DNA of 64,000 nt, taken from the NCBI GenBank assembly GCA_945865405.1, contig CAMBDS010000007.1, positions 1,683-65,682 on the forward strand, in the 5' to 3' direction. A program made the position numbers and the translations under genes. Shown here piece after piece: positions 39,211-50,700 of this stretch; position 1 is the first letter of the stretch; each line of letters starts with the position of its first letter. The notes below the pieces were generated by a model. That model saw only the letters and a program-made list of their open reading frames with translations. It searched no databases and was not told the DNA's origin. The stretch is from Caldithrix abyssi DSM 13497. Its GTDB lineage: Bacteria > Electryoneota > AABM5-125-24 > Hatepunaeales > Hatepunaeaceae.

Positions 39211-41907
39211 ATGTCCGCCTATAATCACTCTGACTCATTCGGTGCGCGTAGCCAACTTGAATTTGGCTCAAATCGAATCGCCTATTACCGCTTATCAAAA
39301 CTTGCCGAAGCAGGAATTGCCGATGTTTCAAGACTGCCATTCTCAATCAAGATATTGATCGAAAACGTCCTTCGGTCAGAGAACGGCGTCGAGATCAGCA
39401 AGGATGACGTCGTTCGTCTGGCGAACTATAACCCGGCCTCACCAGCTCAAGTTGAGCTTCCGTTCATGCCGGCGCGGGTGTTATTGCAGGACTTCACGGG
39501 CGTTCCCTGCGTTGTCGATCTGGCAGCGATGCGTTCGGCTATGGCCAGGCAAGGTGGAGATCCACAACGAATCAATCCGCTTGTCCCCGTTGATCTGGTG
39601 ATCGACCACTCGGTGCAGGTCGATTACTACGGCACGAGTGACGCTGAGGAGAAAAACTCAGGCATTGAGTTTGACCGAAATCGTGAACGATACGAATTCC
39701 TGCGTTGGGGACAGACGGCTTTTAAGAATTTTCGCGTGATTCCGCCCTCGTCGGGGATATGTCATCAGGTAAATCTGGAATATCTCGCTCAGGTAATCAG
39801 ACGGGAAGGATCGGTTGCCTTCTTCGACACGGTGGTGGGGACAGATTCTCACACTCCGATGGTGAATGGACTGGGAGTTGTCGGGTGGGGAGTGGGTGGT
39901 ATCGAAGCCGAGGCGGTGATGTTAGGACAGCCACTATACTTTATCACTCCAGATGTTATCGGAGTTAAGTTGACGGGTGCAATGCCCGAGGGAGTCACAG
40001 CCACCGACCTTGTATTGACGATCACCCAGATGCTCCGCAAGAAGGGGGTAGTCGATAAATTTGTTGAGTTTTATGGCCCGGGACTTTCAGCGATGTCGGT
40101 GCCTGACAGGGCAACACTTTCGAATATGGCTCCGGAATATGGGGCAACAATAGGGTACTTTCCCATCGATCATCGGACTCTTGAGTACATGCGTTATTCA
40201 GGTAGGCCGGAGGAACTGGTGGTTCTGGTCGAGCGTTATGCCAAAGAGCAGGGCGTATTCCGTACCGACGCGACACCCGATCCGATCTTCAAGGATACCT
40301 TGCAGCTTGATCTTGCAAGTGTCGAGGGAAGCCTTGCCGGACCGAAACGACCACAGGACAAAACGACAGTCCGTGCGTTAAAGAGTTCCTTCCGCACTAG
40401 CCTAACTGCTCCTTTTGAGAAGCAAGGTTTTGGTTTGGCTGAGGATCAGCTTTCCGCAGAAGCGCCAATAAGCTACGGCAACTATAATGGCAAGCTTCGC
40501 CACGGAGATCTGGCGATTGCGGCGATAACGTCATGCACCAACACGTCCAATCCGGCGGTGATGATCGCGGCGGGTCTTGTTGCCAAGAAAGCAGTCGAAG
40601 CAGGGTTGACCGTAAACCCGTTTGTCAAAACAAGCCTTGCTCCCGGGTCGCGGGTAGCAACCGACTACCTGAACGCAACCGGGCTAATGCCTTATCTCGA
40701 TAAGCTTGGGTTCAACGTCGTCGGTTATGGCTGTACGACCTGCATCGGTAACTCAGGTAACGTCCCGGATGAGGTTGCCAAATCGGTTGCCGACGGCAAG
40801 CTGGTTGTATCGGCGGTGTTATCGGGAAATCGAAACTTTACCGGCAGGATCAACCCGGTCACCAAAGCGTCGTATCTCGCTTCGCCGCCGCTGGTGGTGG
40901 CTTATGCGATAGCGGGGACTGTCGATAAGGATCTGACGACCGAGCCGATAGGCATAGTTAAAGGTAAGGATATCTATTTGAAAGATATCTGGCCTACTAC
41001 AGAGGAAATTGATGCGATGCTGCCATTGGCGAATGATCCGAAGGCATTCCATCATCGATACGACGGCATCGAAGAGTCGAATCCGATCTGGAATGCGATC
41101 CCAACCAAGGGAGATGCGGTTTACAATTGGGACGATGTCAGTACCTACCTACAGGAGCCGCCATTCTTTAAGAACTTGAAACTGGATGTAGAGCCGATCA
41201 AGCCAATAATGGCGGCTCGTGTTCTCGTCAAGACCGGTGACAGCATCACGACCGATCATATCAGCCCCGCTGGCAACATCGCCGCCACCAGCCCCGCTGG
41301 AAAATGGCTGATGTCGAAAGGGGTCGAGGCGAAGGAGTTCAACAGCTACGGTTCGCGCAGGGGGAACGATCTGGTGATGACTCGCGGGACATTTGCCAAT
41401 GCAATGTTCAGGAATCATCTGGGACAGGGCAAGGAAGGATCCTGGACGACGCATCTGCCCTCAGGCGAGCTAATGTCGATCTTCGACGCATCGTTGCTCT
41501 ACAGCGACGAGAAGGTGCCTTTAATCGTCCTTGCTGGTGTAGACTATGGAATGGGATCGAGTAGGGACTGGGCGGCAAAGGGCGTCAACCTGTTGGGGGT
41601 AAAGGCTGCGATTGCTCAATCGTTCGAGCGAATTCACCGTTCCAATCTCGTTGGAATGGGCGTTCTGCCATTACAGTATAAACCTGGAGAGACGGCTGAG
41701 ACTCTTGGGCTGACCGGAGAGGAGACGTACTCTATATTGGTCGATGACAGCGTGAAACCTCATCAGGAGGTTACGGTTGAGGTGACTTCAGCAGATGGTA
41801 CCAAACGGACGTTCAAGACGGTTTGCCGCCTCGATTCAGGCATTGAAGTGAACTACCTGCGAAATGGTGGAATTTTACAGACGGTATTGCGTCGGTTCAT
41901 GAAGTAA
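39211..41907 (+). CDS. acnA: Aconitate hydratase A
   Basis: It is 898 aa. The motifs [58 protein letters not shown] and SGNRNFTGR are diagnostic AcnA/IRP motifs. Confidence 0.97.
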   Translation: MSAYNHSDSFGARSQLEFGSNRIAYYRLSKLAEAGIADVSRLPFSIKILIENVLRSENGVEISKDDVVRLANYNPASPAQVELPFMPARVLLQDFTGVPCVVDLAAMRSAMARQGGDPQRINPLVPVDLVIDHSVQVDYYGTSDAEEKNSGIEFDRNRERYEFLRWGQTAFKNFRVIPPSSGICHQVNLEYLAQVIRREGSVAFFDTVVGTDSHTPMVNGLGVVGWGVGGIEAEAVMLGQPLYFITPDVIGVKLTGAMPEGVTATDLVLTITQMLRKKGVVDKFVEFYGPGLSAMSVPDRATLSNMAPEYGATIGYFPIDHRTLEYMRYSGRPEELVVLVERYAKEQGVFRTDATPDPIFKDTLQLDLASVEGSLAGPKRPQDKTTVRALKSSFRTSLTAPFEKQGFGLAEDQLSAEAPISYGNYNGKLRHGDLAIAAITSCTNTSNPAVMIAAGLVAKKAVEAGLTVNPFVKTSLAPGSRVATDYLNATGLMPYLDKLGFNVVGYGCTTCIGNSGNVPDEVAKSVADGKLVVSAVLSGNRNFTGRINPVTKASYLASPPLVVAYAIAGTVDKDLTTEPIGIVKGKDIYLKDIWPTTEEIDAMLPLANDPKAFHHRYDGIEESNPIWNAIPTKGDAVYNWDDVSTYLQEPPFFKNLKLDVEPIKPIMAARVLVKTGDSITTDHISPAGNIAATSPAGKWLMSKGVEAKEFNSYGSRRGNDLVMTRGTFANAMFRNHLGQGKEGSWTTHLPSGELMSIFDASLLYSDEKVPLIVLAGVDYGMGSSRDWAAKGVNLLGVKAAIAQSFERIHRSNLVGMGVLPLQYKPGETAETLGLTGEETYSILVDDSVKPHQEVTVEVTSADGTKRTFKTVCRLDSGIEVNYLRNGGILQTVLRRFMK

Positions 41908-41916
41908 ATTGAAAGC

Positions 41917-41950
41917 TTCCGTTGGCAGACGAGGGCGTCTGCCAACGGAA
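41917..41950 (+). terminator. Hairpin 10 nt after the acnA stop (no U-tract)
   Basis: TTCCGTTGGCAGACG-aggg-CGTCTGCCAACGGAA forms a 15-bp perfect stem. A second hairpin, GCGCCTTT..AAAGGCGC followed by a T-run, lies at ~42023-42060. Confidence 0.6.
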
Positions 41951-42186
41951 ATAGATCGAGATTGTTTAATAATAAATTGGGTTAATCCACGTCTCCTCGC
42001 GTTCGTAAATCACACGGCTCACGCGCCTTTAAGTCTCCCAAAGGCGCACTCGTCTTTTTATCAATTTGTGTTGTAATTTTCATAGCCGAAGAGAGCACAC
42101 AATTTGTCGAAGTATTGGCAGGGCGCTACCTCGCAGCTCATAACAGCGAACGGGAGCCATACGGAACAACATGGGAAAAGGAGCGG

Positions 42187-42921
42187 ATGGCGCGACTTGC
42201 AGCGCGGAAGCTTGCCGATGGGCTTGCAGCCGGAAGCAAGAGGCGCGATGCTGTCGATAAAGCGAATACGATGGCGGAACTGGTAGATATCCTTCCTGAC
42301 ATCGGATCGACACAAACCTCCCCCTCTAAATTTGTCAGCCTCTACATGGCGCTTCCGAAAAGCTCCCGCGATGGGCTGATGTCGTCCCAAGAACTCCTCG
42401 ATTTATACTACAATTCTCAATGGATACGTACTTCCGTCAGCCTTGAAGGCGAAGTGGCTACCGCACATTTCGTCGATGGCAACAACCAGATTTTGCGATC
42501 AGTACCTTTACCGGAAGCACTCATTCGAGCAGAGTCACCTGGAGGTCAACGGGTAATTGGTGATCTTTCTTCTGACCCAAGATTTATCGGAAGACTTCAT
42601 ACTGCAGAGCGTTTCTTCGCCATCCTTTTTCAACTTCCCGAACAGGAACGAATCGCAATTTTCCCAGATCCTGAAATGTTGTTGGGGCTTCCAAAGCCCG
42701 TGACCTGGGTGGGTTTGGGGCTTACCGATAATGATCCAATCGCTCAGGTAGGTTTTGAATCGAGTTCTTCCGACGGGCCAGTGGTCACAATTTATCCGAT
42801 TTCGACCAAGGCATTTCAGCGACTCTCCTTCCTGCTTGCATGGGCGGACAGCGATACACTATTCCGTGACCAGGACATCCCTGAACAACCCGACAAGTCA
42901 CGTGAGAGGAAACCGTTTTGA
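42187..42921 (+). CDS. Hypothetical protein
   Basis: The ORF is coupled to the PBP gene (the TTG of the PBP gene overlaps its TGA). The ATG at 42187, preceded by AAGGAG, is preferred over the TTG at 42115. Confidence 0.55.
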   Translation: MARLAARKLADGLAAGSKRRDAVDKANTMAELVDILPDIGSTQTSPSKFVSLYMALPKSSRDGLMSSQELLDLYYNSQWIRTSVSLEGEVATAHFVDGNNQILRSVPLPEALIRAESPGGQRVIGDLSSDPRFIGRLHTAERFFAILFQLPEQERIAIFPDPEMLLGLPKPVTWVGLGLTDNDPIAQVGFESSSSDGPVVTIYPISTKAFQRLSFLLAWADSDTLFRDQDIPEQPDKSRERKPF

Positions 42922-44855
42922 CCAGAAGGCTAATTATCTTCGTCAATCTGGTGCTTTTGGTGATAGTCGGTGCAGGCGTCGGATTGTTCTTCAAGTACTC
43001 GACCCAAATACCTCGACTTCCCGATGATCTAAGATTACTTGCAGCAACGCCGGCGACCGAGATTATCGCTCGCGACGGGCAGCTGCTCGGCTCACTCGGT
43101 GAGCGCGAGTACATCTCCATCGAGCAGATCTCACCTCATTTTCTTCATGCTATTATTGCTGCTGAGGACAAACGTTTCTACCGCCATCGTGGGATCGATC
43201 ATTTCGCCTTTGGCCATGCAGTTTATCTGAACATTATTCGCAAGGGCGGCGCGCCGGGCGGTTCATCGATCACGCAACAACTCGCCAAAAATCTCTTCTT
43301 CAGCTTTAAGCGGTCATGGGAGCGCAAGATTGTCGAAGCGCTGGCAGCGATCTCCATTGAGGAGCGATTCAGCAAGGATGAAATCCTCGAAACATACTGT
43401 AATTTGATATACTTCGGGCGACATGCTTACGGGGTCGAGAAGGCGGCGAAGCTCTATTTTAACAAGCACGCTTCTGACTTGAATGTAGCAGAGGCGGCAC
43501 TGCTTGCCGGGCTTCCTAACGCCCCTTCGAGACTCGATCCGTACAATCATATGCCGAATGCGAAAGCCAGGCAGAATGTGATCCTGATGCGGATGGCAGA
43601 TCTGGGATTCGTTGACCGTGTCGAGGCTATTAGACTTGCCGAGCGACCGATGACGATGGCGCCACCTCCGGCATACTCGACCCAACACGGATCGTACCCA
43701 ATCGATTACGCATTGGAGTTGGCGAGCAAGACAATCGGAAGCGATCTTGTTAATTACGGCGGGGTTAAGATTTACACGACTATCGACATTCGATTGCAAC
43801 GACTCGCGGAAGAGACTGTTGCGTCGGGAGTCGATCTACTCGAACTAAACCTTAAGCCTGGCAACGCTGATGGCGGGAGGCTTGAGGGTGGGTTGGTACT
43901 GGTTGAGGTTGCATCGGGGCGAATTTTGACGTTGGTGGGAGGGCGAAACTACAACGAAAGTCCTTTCAACCGGGCGATAAATTCGCTTAGGCAGCCCGGA
44001 TCATCCTTCAAGCCGGTCATCTACCTGACAGCATTGGAAAAGCTCGATCTTAGCCCGGCAAGCATCTATGAAGATAAGCCGGTAACCTTCGACATTGTCG
44101 GAAGCGCGTCGTGGTCGCCGAAAAACTTCGACAATGAATTTCGAGGCCCAATACCGCTCTGGGAGGCTTATGCGAGGTCAATTAACACTATCGCGGCGCA
44201 ATTGATATCGGAGGTGGGGCCAGCGGCGGTTGTAGAAACGGCGCGACGGATGGGAATTGCTACCAAAATTGAACCACATCTTTCCATGGCGCTCGGATCG
44301 GAGGGTGTGACTATTGTCGATATGGCGACTGCATTTGCTACTATCGCTCGTGAAGGCGATGTCGTCGAGCCACAAATTTTGCTGAGAATCGAGGGTCCAA
44401 GCGGTGAGACGCTTGCCGAGTTTCTGGCGGTCAGGGAACGGAGATTTGCCGAAGAGACGTGTTACCAGTTGATTTCGATCATGAAGGGGACTATCGATCT
44501 CGAGTACGGTACCGGGCATGTCGTGAGGAGGCGAGGGTTTGTCGGTGAAGCAATTGCAAAAACAGGTACGTCGAGTGACTTTCGCGACAGCTGGTTTGTA
44601 GGGGCAACGCCGCTCTATTCAGTGGCAACGTGGGTTGGGTTTGATGACAACAGACAGATGTTTTTAAGTACCGGAAAGGGTGTGACGGGTGCATCTGGGG
44701 CGGCTCCGATCTGGGCAGACTTCATGATAGGAGCCCTTTCTTCGGAACCCTCGCGGGAATTTCCCCGACCTCAAGTAACGGGTGAGGAACTCAAGAAGGA
44801 GAATAAGAGTTTTTTCGAGAGTCTTCGACTGAAAAAAAGTTCGACCAAGGATTAG
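42918..44855 (+). CDS. Class A penicillin-binding protein (PBP1A family; GT51 transglycosylase plus transpeptidase)
   Basis: It has an N-terminal TM segment. The GT51 motifs are AIIAAEDKRFYRHRGID, GGSSITQQLAKN and RKIVEA. The transpeptidase motifs are SSFKP, SIN and KTGTS. Confidence 0.92.
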   Translation: MTRRLIIFVNLVLLVIVGAGVGLFFKYSTQIPRLPDDLRLLAATPATEIIARDGQLLGSLGEREYISIEQISPHFLHAIIAAEDKRFYRHRGIDHFAFGHAVYLNIIRKGGAPGGSSITQQLAKNLFFSFKRSWERKIVEALAAISIEERFSKDEILETYCNLIYFGRHAYGVEKAAKLYFNKHASDLNVAEAALLAGLPNAPSRLDPYNHMPNAKARQNVILMRMADLGFVDRVEAIRLAERPMTMAPPPAYSTQHGSYPIDYALELASKTIGSDLVNYGGVKIYTTIDIRLQRLAEETVASGVDLLELNLKPGNADGGRLEGGLVLVEVASGRILTLVGGRNYNESPFNRAINSLRQPGSSFKPVIYLTALEKLDLSPASIYEDKPVTFDIVGSASWSPKNFDNEFRGPIPLWEAYARSINTIAAQLISEVGPAAVVETARRMGIATKIEPHLSMALGSEGVTIVDMATAFATIAREGDVVEPQILLRIEGPSGETLAEFLAVRERRFAEETCYQLISIMKGTIDLEYGTGHVVRRRGFVGEAIAKTGTSSDFRDSWFVGATPLYSVATWVGFDDNRQMFLSTGKGVTGASGAAPIWADFMIGALSSEPSREFPRPQVTGEELKKENKSFFESLRLKKSSTKD

Positions 44856-45095
44856 GGCCCAAACCATTATTGAATCTAGTGTAGTAATTTGATATTTAAA
44901 GAATAATGCATATTAAGGTATGATTGTGGTAGTAAGTTAATATTTGAATCGAATCGACATAGGATGATAACTATTTAAGAGAAACGCCAAAGCACTTGAC
45001 AAGTGCCAAAGGTTTAGTTACTATTGATGATGGTTACTTCGGGGGATGTGACCCATTAAAAGGAATTCACCTCTTAACGATGAGTGGAGCAGGTT

Positions 45096-45461
45096 ATGAA
45101 GAGGATCGGTTTACTCACCATTTTGCTGGTTACAGCACTTGCGTTCGGGTTGAACTTAACGGGTTGTTCGAAACCAGCGGATAGTGAAATAGAGGCTGCA
45201 GAAGCCGCGCTAAAGAAAGCTCAGGAAGCCGGAGCGGATGCAGCATCGCCGCGTCTTTACGAGAAAGCTAAGGATCTCCTTGCTGAAGCAAAGCGTGCAA
45301 ACGAAGCTGGAAATTATTCCGACGCGAAGAAGAAGGCTGATTTTGCCTTGATGCGCGCCGAACAAGCAGGTCGGAACGCCGAAAAACTTGGCGGAGCCCC
45401 CTCGACACGCCGCGCCAAAGGTGGCGGTGGTGGTGATGGAGATGGCGAAGGCGGCGAGTAA
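45096..45461 (+). CDS. Helical lipoprotein (DUF4398-like) with a Gly-rich tail
   Basis: The ATG follows GGAGCAGG. The lipobox is LNLTGC. The helical region EAAEAALKKAQEAGADAASPRLYEKAKDLLAEAKRANEAGNY resembles DUF4398 as I recall it. Confidence 0.6.
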   Translation: MKRIGLLTILLVTALAFGLNLTGCSKPADSEIEAAEAALKKAQEAGADAASPRLYEKAKDLLAEAKRANEAGNYSDAKKKADFALMRAEQAGRNAEKLGGAPSTRRAKGGGGGDGDGEGGE

Positions 45462-45579
45462 GCTGTATTTGCCGGAAAACACTACCGGTGAGCAAATACT
45501 CGGTCAGAACATTTTCCTGAAGCTTCCCAAATTAAGAGCGGGAAGGCGTAGCCACGCCTTTCCGCTTTTTGTTATAGGA

Positions 45580-45960
45580 TCAGTCGGGATTTTCTTCATA
45601 CTCCGAGGTTGCGAGTATTTTTCTCACAACTTTGCGAAGCGCTTGAGTGCTGATCGGCTTAGGCACATAACCACTCGCTCCGAGTCGTTCTGCTTTTTCT
45701 ATTGATCCGGCGTCACCGCTTGCGGTGCATACCACTATTGGTATATCTGCAGTGTTTTTGTTGTTTTTTAGACTTGAGAGCAGGTCGAATCCATTTTCTG
45801 TTCCCAATCCGATATCGAGTATAATCAAATTTGGGATTGCCAGAGCAAGTTTCTTAATCGCGTCGCTTGCCCCCTCTGATTCCATGAACTCGAAATCGCC
45901 TTCAAGAGCAAGCGTTCGGATTACAAGCCTTCGCATTAAGGAGGAGTCGTCCACAACCAT
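45580..45960 (-). CDS. Single-domain response regulator (CheY-like receiver)
   Basis: VVDDSSLMRRL...LIILDIGLGTENGFDLL...PIVVCTASG...GYVPKPI contains the DD..D..T..K receiver pattern. Confidence 0.85.
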   Translation of the reverse strand: MVVDDSSLMRRLVIRTLALEGDFEFMESEGASDAIKKLALAIPNLIILDIGLGTENGFDLLSSLKNNKNTADIPIVVCTASGDAGSIEKAERLGASGYVPKPISTQALRKVVRKILATSEYEENPD

Positions 45961-46013
45961 TATCAGTGGCTTGGAGTCAGTTTCGGAAACATCGGCTTCG
46001 GAATGGCTTTTAT

Positions 46014-47753
46014 TTATGAAAATTTTAACCTCTCAATTTCGATGTTGGATAGGTCACTGTCGATAATTGGAAGTGAAAAAGAGAACGCACTCCCGATTCC
46101 CGGACGGCTTTTTACCCAGATTTCACCACCATGTTCATTGATAATACCGTGGCAGATCGCCAAACCGAGGCCTGTTCCCTTACCCTTTTTTGTAGTGAAA
46201 AACGGATCAAAAACATGAGTGGCCGTTTCGTTGCTCATGCCGCCTGCATTGTCGGAAATTGAAATGACAAGTTGACGACGAAGTGCATCAGGACGAATGA
46301 AAATTGTCATATGTCCCAATTTAATGCTTTCTCTATCCTCATAGGCATCACAGGCATTCATTATCAAATCAACGAGTACTTGAATAACTTGCCCGCGATT
46401 GCCATTTACAGCCAGGCCTGCCTGGCAAAACTTAGTTCTGACCTTGAAATTCTTCGCGAGCCTCGTACCTGTCACAGTTAATGCTGAGGCGACCGCTTCT
46501 TCAAGTTGCAAGGCTTCTTTCTTACGGACATCCTTTCTGCTAAACGCCAGCATCCCCTCAACAATCCCGCCAAGTTGCGTCGCGCCGACGTTCAAGTCGT
46601 CTAATAAACCACTCAGGTCGCTGACGACTTCACCAACCAACTGCCTTCCAATCTTTTCTGTAGGATTTACTTCCACCCAGTTCTTCAGAATCGGTTCCAG
46701 ACCAACCCAATAGTGTTGCAGCACCTCAACGTTAGTTTTGATAAAGCTATCGCAAGAGTTAATCTCGTGAGCCGCACCGGCGACAAGCGTACCAAGAGCG
46801 GCAAGCTTATCAGAATGAGCCAACGCCTTTTGCTGCTTCACAATTTGTAGAATCTGGTCTTCTACCTTTTGTTCGAGTTCGAGTGAATGGGATCGCAAGA
46901 GATTTTCGAGCTGTTTGACGCTCGTTATGTCTTGTACGACGAGCGTGACTTGATTGTTCTCTACTGCGTCTCCACGGAAGAGGTTCAAAGCCACCTTTAC
47001 CGGAACGTTTGTACCCGCTTTGTGACGCCATAGCGTCTCAAAATAGATGACGCCACTTCTGCCTGTGTCGTAAATTCGCTCGGTCAGTTCCGCCGGATCC
47101 AGAAACAGATCATCGGCAGATTTACCAAGTAGCTCTCCGCGAGTTAGACCGAGGAGCTCTGTTCCTGCCTGATTACATCTCAAAATTCTATGATCGGCAC
47201 CTAATAGGAAAAAGGGTTCGGGGAGTGAGCTGAGGATTTGGTCTTGTTGGGATTTTAGTTCGCCAAGCAGGTGGTAGTAGTTAAGTAGGTCGTTGTTTTT
47301 ACCTTCAAGCTCTTTCGTGCGACGATCCATCTCCGTTGTCATTGCCGTTTTGGCGACATTCAATCCATGCAGCACAAGGGCTTGCTCTACCGTCGATCTG
47401 AGCAAACCGAGATGAACTGGTTTGGTCAGGTAGCGATAGACTTCGCCACGGTTAATTGCTTCGAGAAGGAGTTCTTCGGTAGTGTAGGCAGTAAGTAGAA
47501 TGCGGGTCATTTCAGGTGAAATTCGGCGTGTGCGCTCGAAGAAATTTATTCCGTTCAGCCCCGGCAAGCTGTAATCGACAATTGCCGCTTGGAATGACCT
47601 TTCCTCCATAAAACGGAATCCGGCTTCTGCATCGGCGGCGACGAAGACTTTGAAGCCGTCCTGAGTGAACATGGCGGTCATCAGGCGTCGAAAAACAGCG
47701 TCGTCATCGATGAAAAGGAGTGATGCGGTAGGATTGTTTTTGCTTTTCGCCAT
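46014..47753 (-). CDS. Hybrid sensor: N-terminal receiver, PAS domain and histidine kinase
   Basis: The receiver is LLFIDDD...AIVDYSLPGLNG. A PAS-like region follows. The H-box is AGAAHEINS. The HATPase region reads DNAGGM...GKGTGLGLAICHGIINEHGGEIWVKS. Confidence 0.85.
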   Translation of the reverse strand: MAKSKNNPTASLLFIDDDAVFRRLMTAMFTQDGFKVFVAADAEAGFRFMEERSFQAAIVDYSLPGLNGINFFERTRRISPEMTRILLTAYTTEELLLEAINRGEVYRYLTKPVHLGLLRSTVEQALVLHGLNVAKTAMTTEMDRRTKELEGKNNDLLNYYHLLGELKSQQDQILSSLPEPFFLLGADHRILRCNQAGTELLGLTRGELLGKSADDLFLDPAELTERIYDTGRSGVIYFETLWRHKAGTNVPVKVALNLFRGDAVENNQVTLVVQDITSVKQLENLLRSHSLELEQKVEDQILQIVKQQKALAHSDKLAALGTLVAGAAHEINSCDSFIKTNVEVLQHYWVGLEPILKNWVEVNPTEKIGRQLVGEVVSDLSGLLDDLNVGATQLGGIVEGMLAFSRKDVRKKEALQLEEAVASALTVTGTRLAKNFKVRTKFCQAGLAVNGNRGQVIQVLVDLIMNACDAYEDRESIKLGHMTIFIRPDALRRQLVISISDNAGGMSNETATHVFDPFFTTKKGKGTGLGLAICHGIINEHGGEIWVKSRPGIGSAFSFSLPIIDSDLSNIEIERLKFS

Positions 47754-47798
47754 TGCAATTATTGTTCAAGAAGTGAAAAAACGAAATGTGATAGAAGG

Positions 47799-50700
47799 TT
47801 ACTTCTTAATAACATCTTCACCGAGCGCATTATAGTATTCGCGAATCAAGCGTCGATAATCGGGAGTGTAGCCCTCTTGAAGTGCTTTCAACAGATCGCG
47901 ACGAAGACGTTCACGCTCGGTGTCAAGTTGGATTGCCGAGGGAGAATTTCGCCCTAATTCATTGCCGACCTTACTTTCGCGCTTTTTAGAGTATTCCTCT
48001 TCACGAGCCGACCTCGTTGCATCGAGTAACCGGCTGACAATTTGCTGTTGCAGGCGCTTCGTCCGTTCGCCGAGTTGCTTATTTTCCATGTCTTTGGCAA
48101 CTTCCCCCATAGCGTTGGCGATACCCTCGAGGTCGCCGAGCATCTCCTCGATTCCCTTTGCATCCTCTGCGGCTTGTTCCATCTGCTGTTGAAGTGCTCG
48201 TTGTTGAGCAGCCATTTTGGCGAGGCTTTGGCCATCACCGGGCATTTGTCCGGGCATGTCGCCCGGCATTTCGCCTGGTGACCCGGCTCCCGGCATCGGC
48301 ATCGAACCGGATTGTTGGTTGAGGCCTTGTTGCTGAGCTGCCATTTCCGAGAGCTTTTGCATCATTTCCTCATAGCCACTTGAGGAAGATGATCCTGATA
48401 GATCTCCCAGAATAGCAAGAAGCTGAGCGGCGCTGCGATTGATGTCTCCGAGGGCAAGTTTTTGCGGCTGCGCCGCAGATCTTGGAAGCCGGTCGGAGAA
48501 GCCCTCCAAAGAGCGATCGATGTTCTGCAGAGCCTTGCCAATTGTTGCACCAAGCTCAGGGGTGACGAAAAATGTCTCTTTGGAAAGTTCAAGCATTCGC
48601 CCGGCTATTCCTTCGAGCGCTTGCTTGACATCCTGTTGCTGACCTGCGAGTTGACGATAACGAGGTGAGTCTGTTCCCAACGCTTTGGAAGCGGCCATTA
48701 GGCTCTCCTGATCCTGAGAGACATAGATCAGCTCTTCCACCAAACGCCTGATTTTCCCCGCAATTTCCGCTTTGTTTTGTTCTTTGAACTCTTCAGACAA
48801 CTTGCTTAGTGACGAACTCATCTCTGCCAGGTCACGAGCCGACTTTTCGCCCGAAGACTTAGCTTTTGACTTGTTTCCCGATTTCATCTCCTGACTGGTT
48901 TGGGACATCTGCTGCGATAGGTTCATTGCATCCATCTTGTCCGCAAGGTCCCCAAGCTTGTCAGATATCTGGCTCTTATCTGCTTTTTCTGCCATCTTTG
49001 CCGCGTCTGCCATCTCTCGCTTTAAAGCCTCGACGCCTAACTTCTGAACATCGAGCGACCGGGAGGCTTCCTCAGTCTTATTTGCCTCAATATCTTTCAG
49101 GATTTCTTCCTGAGCATGGAGCAACTCTTCGGCTCGCTTGACAAGTTCATCGAGTTTGCGTTCGAGCTTAAGCTGCTCAAGGATGGCGAGGCTCCGCTCG
49201 ATGCTTTCCATGAACTGTTCGCGATCCATATCGAACTTTTCGAGCGCCTGCCTGATTTTTTCAGGATCCTGGGTATCCATCGCCTGCTTCAGCTTCTCCA
49301 TGGCTTCACGAAGCTCAGGCGACGCAACCTCCTCCATCAGCTTCTGAAGCTCCATGTACTTTTCAAGCGTCTCAGGCGTCAGCATGTCGTGCTTTTCGAG
49401 CTTACCCACCAACTCGTCAAGCGATTTCGCCATCTGCTCGGCTTGTTTGGAGACCAGCTCCTGATTTTTCATCGCCTGTTCGATCTGCTTTTGGCGTTCC
49501 CAATCGGCTTTGGGATCGCGGCGCATTTCTTCGACAAGCTTGGCAACTTCTTCCTTCAGCTCTTTGGCTGCTTCAAGAGTTTTTCTCGCATCCTGCTCAA
49601 CTTCTGCTTCGTTCTGTTCGACGCCGGAGACGATCTCTTCGAATGTGGGCAGTCTGACCAGTCGTCGCGACGATTCGCTCCGCTTGGGGCCGCTGACATT
49701 GTCGTTATCCCAGACTACGATCCAATACTCAAGTACGTCACCAGGCATCAGCGGCATGTGTCCAACAGACCAGAGTGTGTCGAGGGCGACGCTTCGGGTT
49801 GCCGCTTGCGACTTGAGCGGCGACGATTCGATCAGCGAGTCGCCATTCAGGTTGTGATATTGCAGTTCAAGTTTTGCGACTCCGAAGTCGTCGTCGGCTT
49901 CGATGCGGAGCGGGACTTGCATGTCGTCGCCGAGGATAATGTCCTCTTCGGGGAAGGCGATCCGAACGACCGGATATTCATCGGTCAAAGTGTGGACGTG
50001 ATAGGTCACCGGATCGCGGTCTTCGTGCTTATCACGGTCACGCAGGCGGATGACGTAGGTTGAGGCACCCGCCACCGTAAAGCGGGCGCTTGCGTTATTG
50101 TCATCAACACCCATCTCTAAAGAATCAACAGCAATAGTTGTGCCGGATAGCCTGCTAGATACCAGCATTGCCGAGGCAAGTTTTTTCGAGGCGGAGATGT
50201 TCAGCTCGACAGCCGAACCGGGCAGGCATTCGATATCGCCAACGTTCTCCCGCCCGGTGACAACTGGAAGTCGTGAATAAGCGGGCGGGTGGAGCTTGTA
50301 GCCGAGTTCGACGATCTGTGGACGGGCGATGATCCGAAGGTTGTATCGCTCAGAAGAGACTTCACCCGACCGAACGCTGTAGCTAATGTCTGTCGGGAAA
50401 CCGGCGAACTCGACCAGCGCGTTTCCTTTGGTCAGGTCGACATCGAGACTGACTTCATCGCCGCCCTCCTGCTGGTAAACGAAGCTGGCAGAGCGGGGAG
50501 ATTGCCCGGTGACTACGACCTCAAATGCGACAGGTTCGCTGCGATATGCCCAACTGTAGGTTGAGGTGATGGCAAGCGAAAAAGGGGCTGTGGGGGCATA
50601 ATTTGTCGTAGGGTGAAAAAGCCTGCCAAATGCACCGAGCATCGTCGCGGGCTGGATTACTATCGAGAGAATTAGTGATAATAGCAACGCCGAACCTATG

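Noticed and set aside
49116-50063. A 315-aa plus-strand ORF inside the 1,131-aa coiled-coil gene
   Set aside because: It is the antisense shadow of the E/K-rich coiled coil, giving Leu/Phe-rich repeats. It has no start context or motifs.
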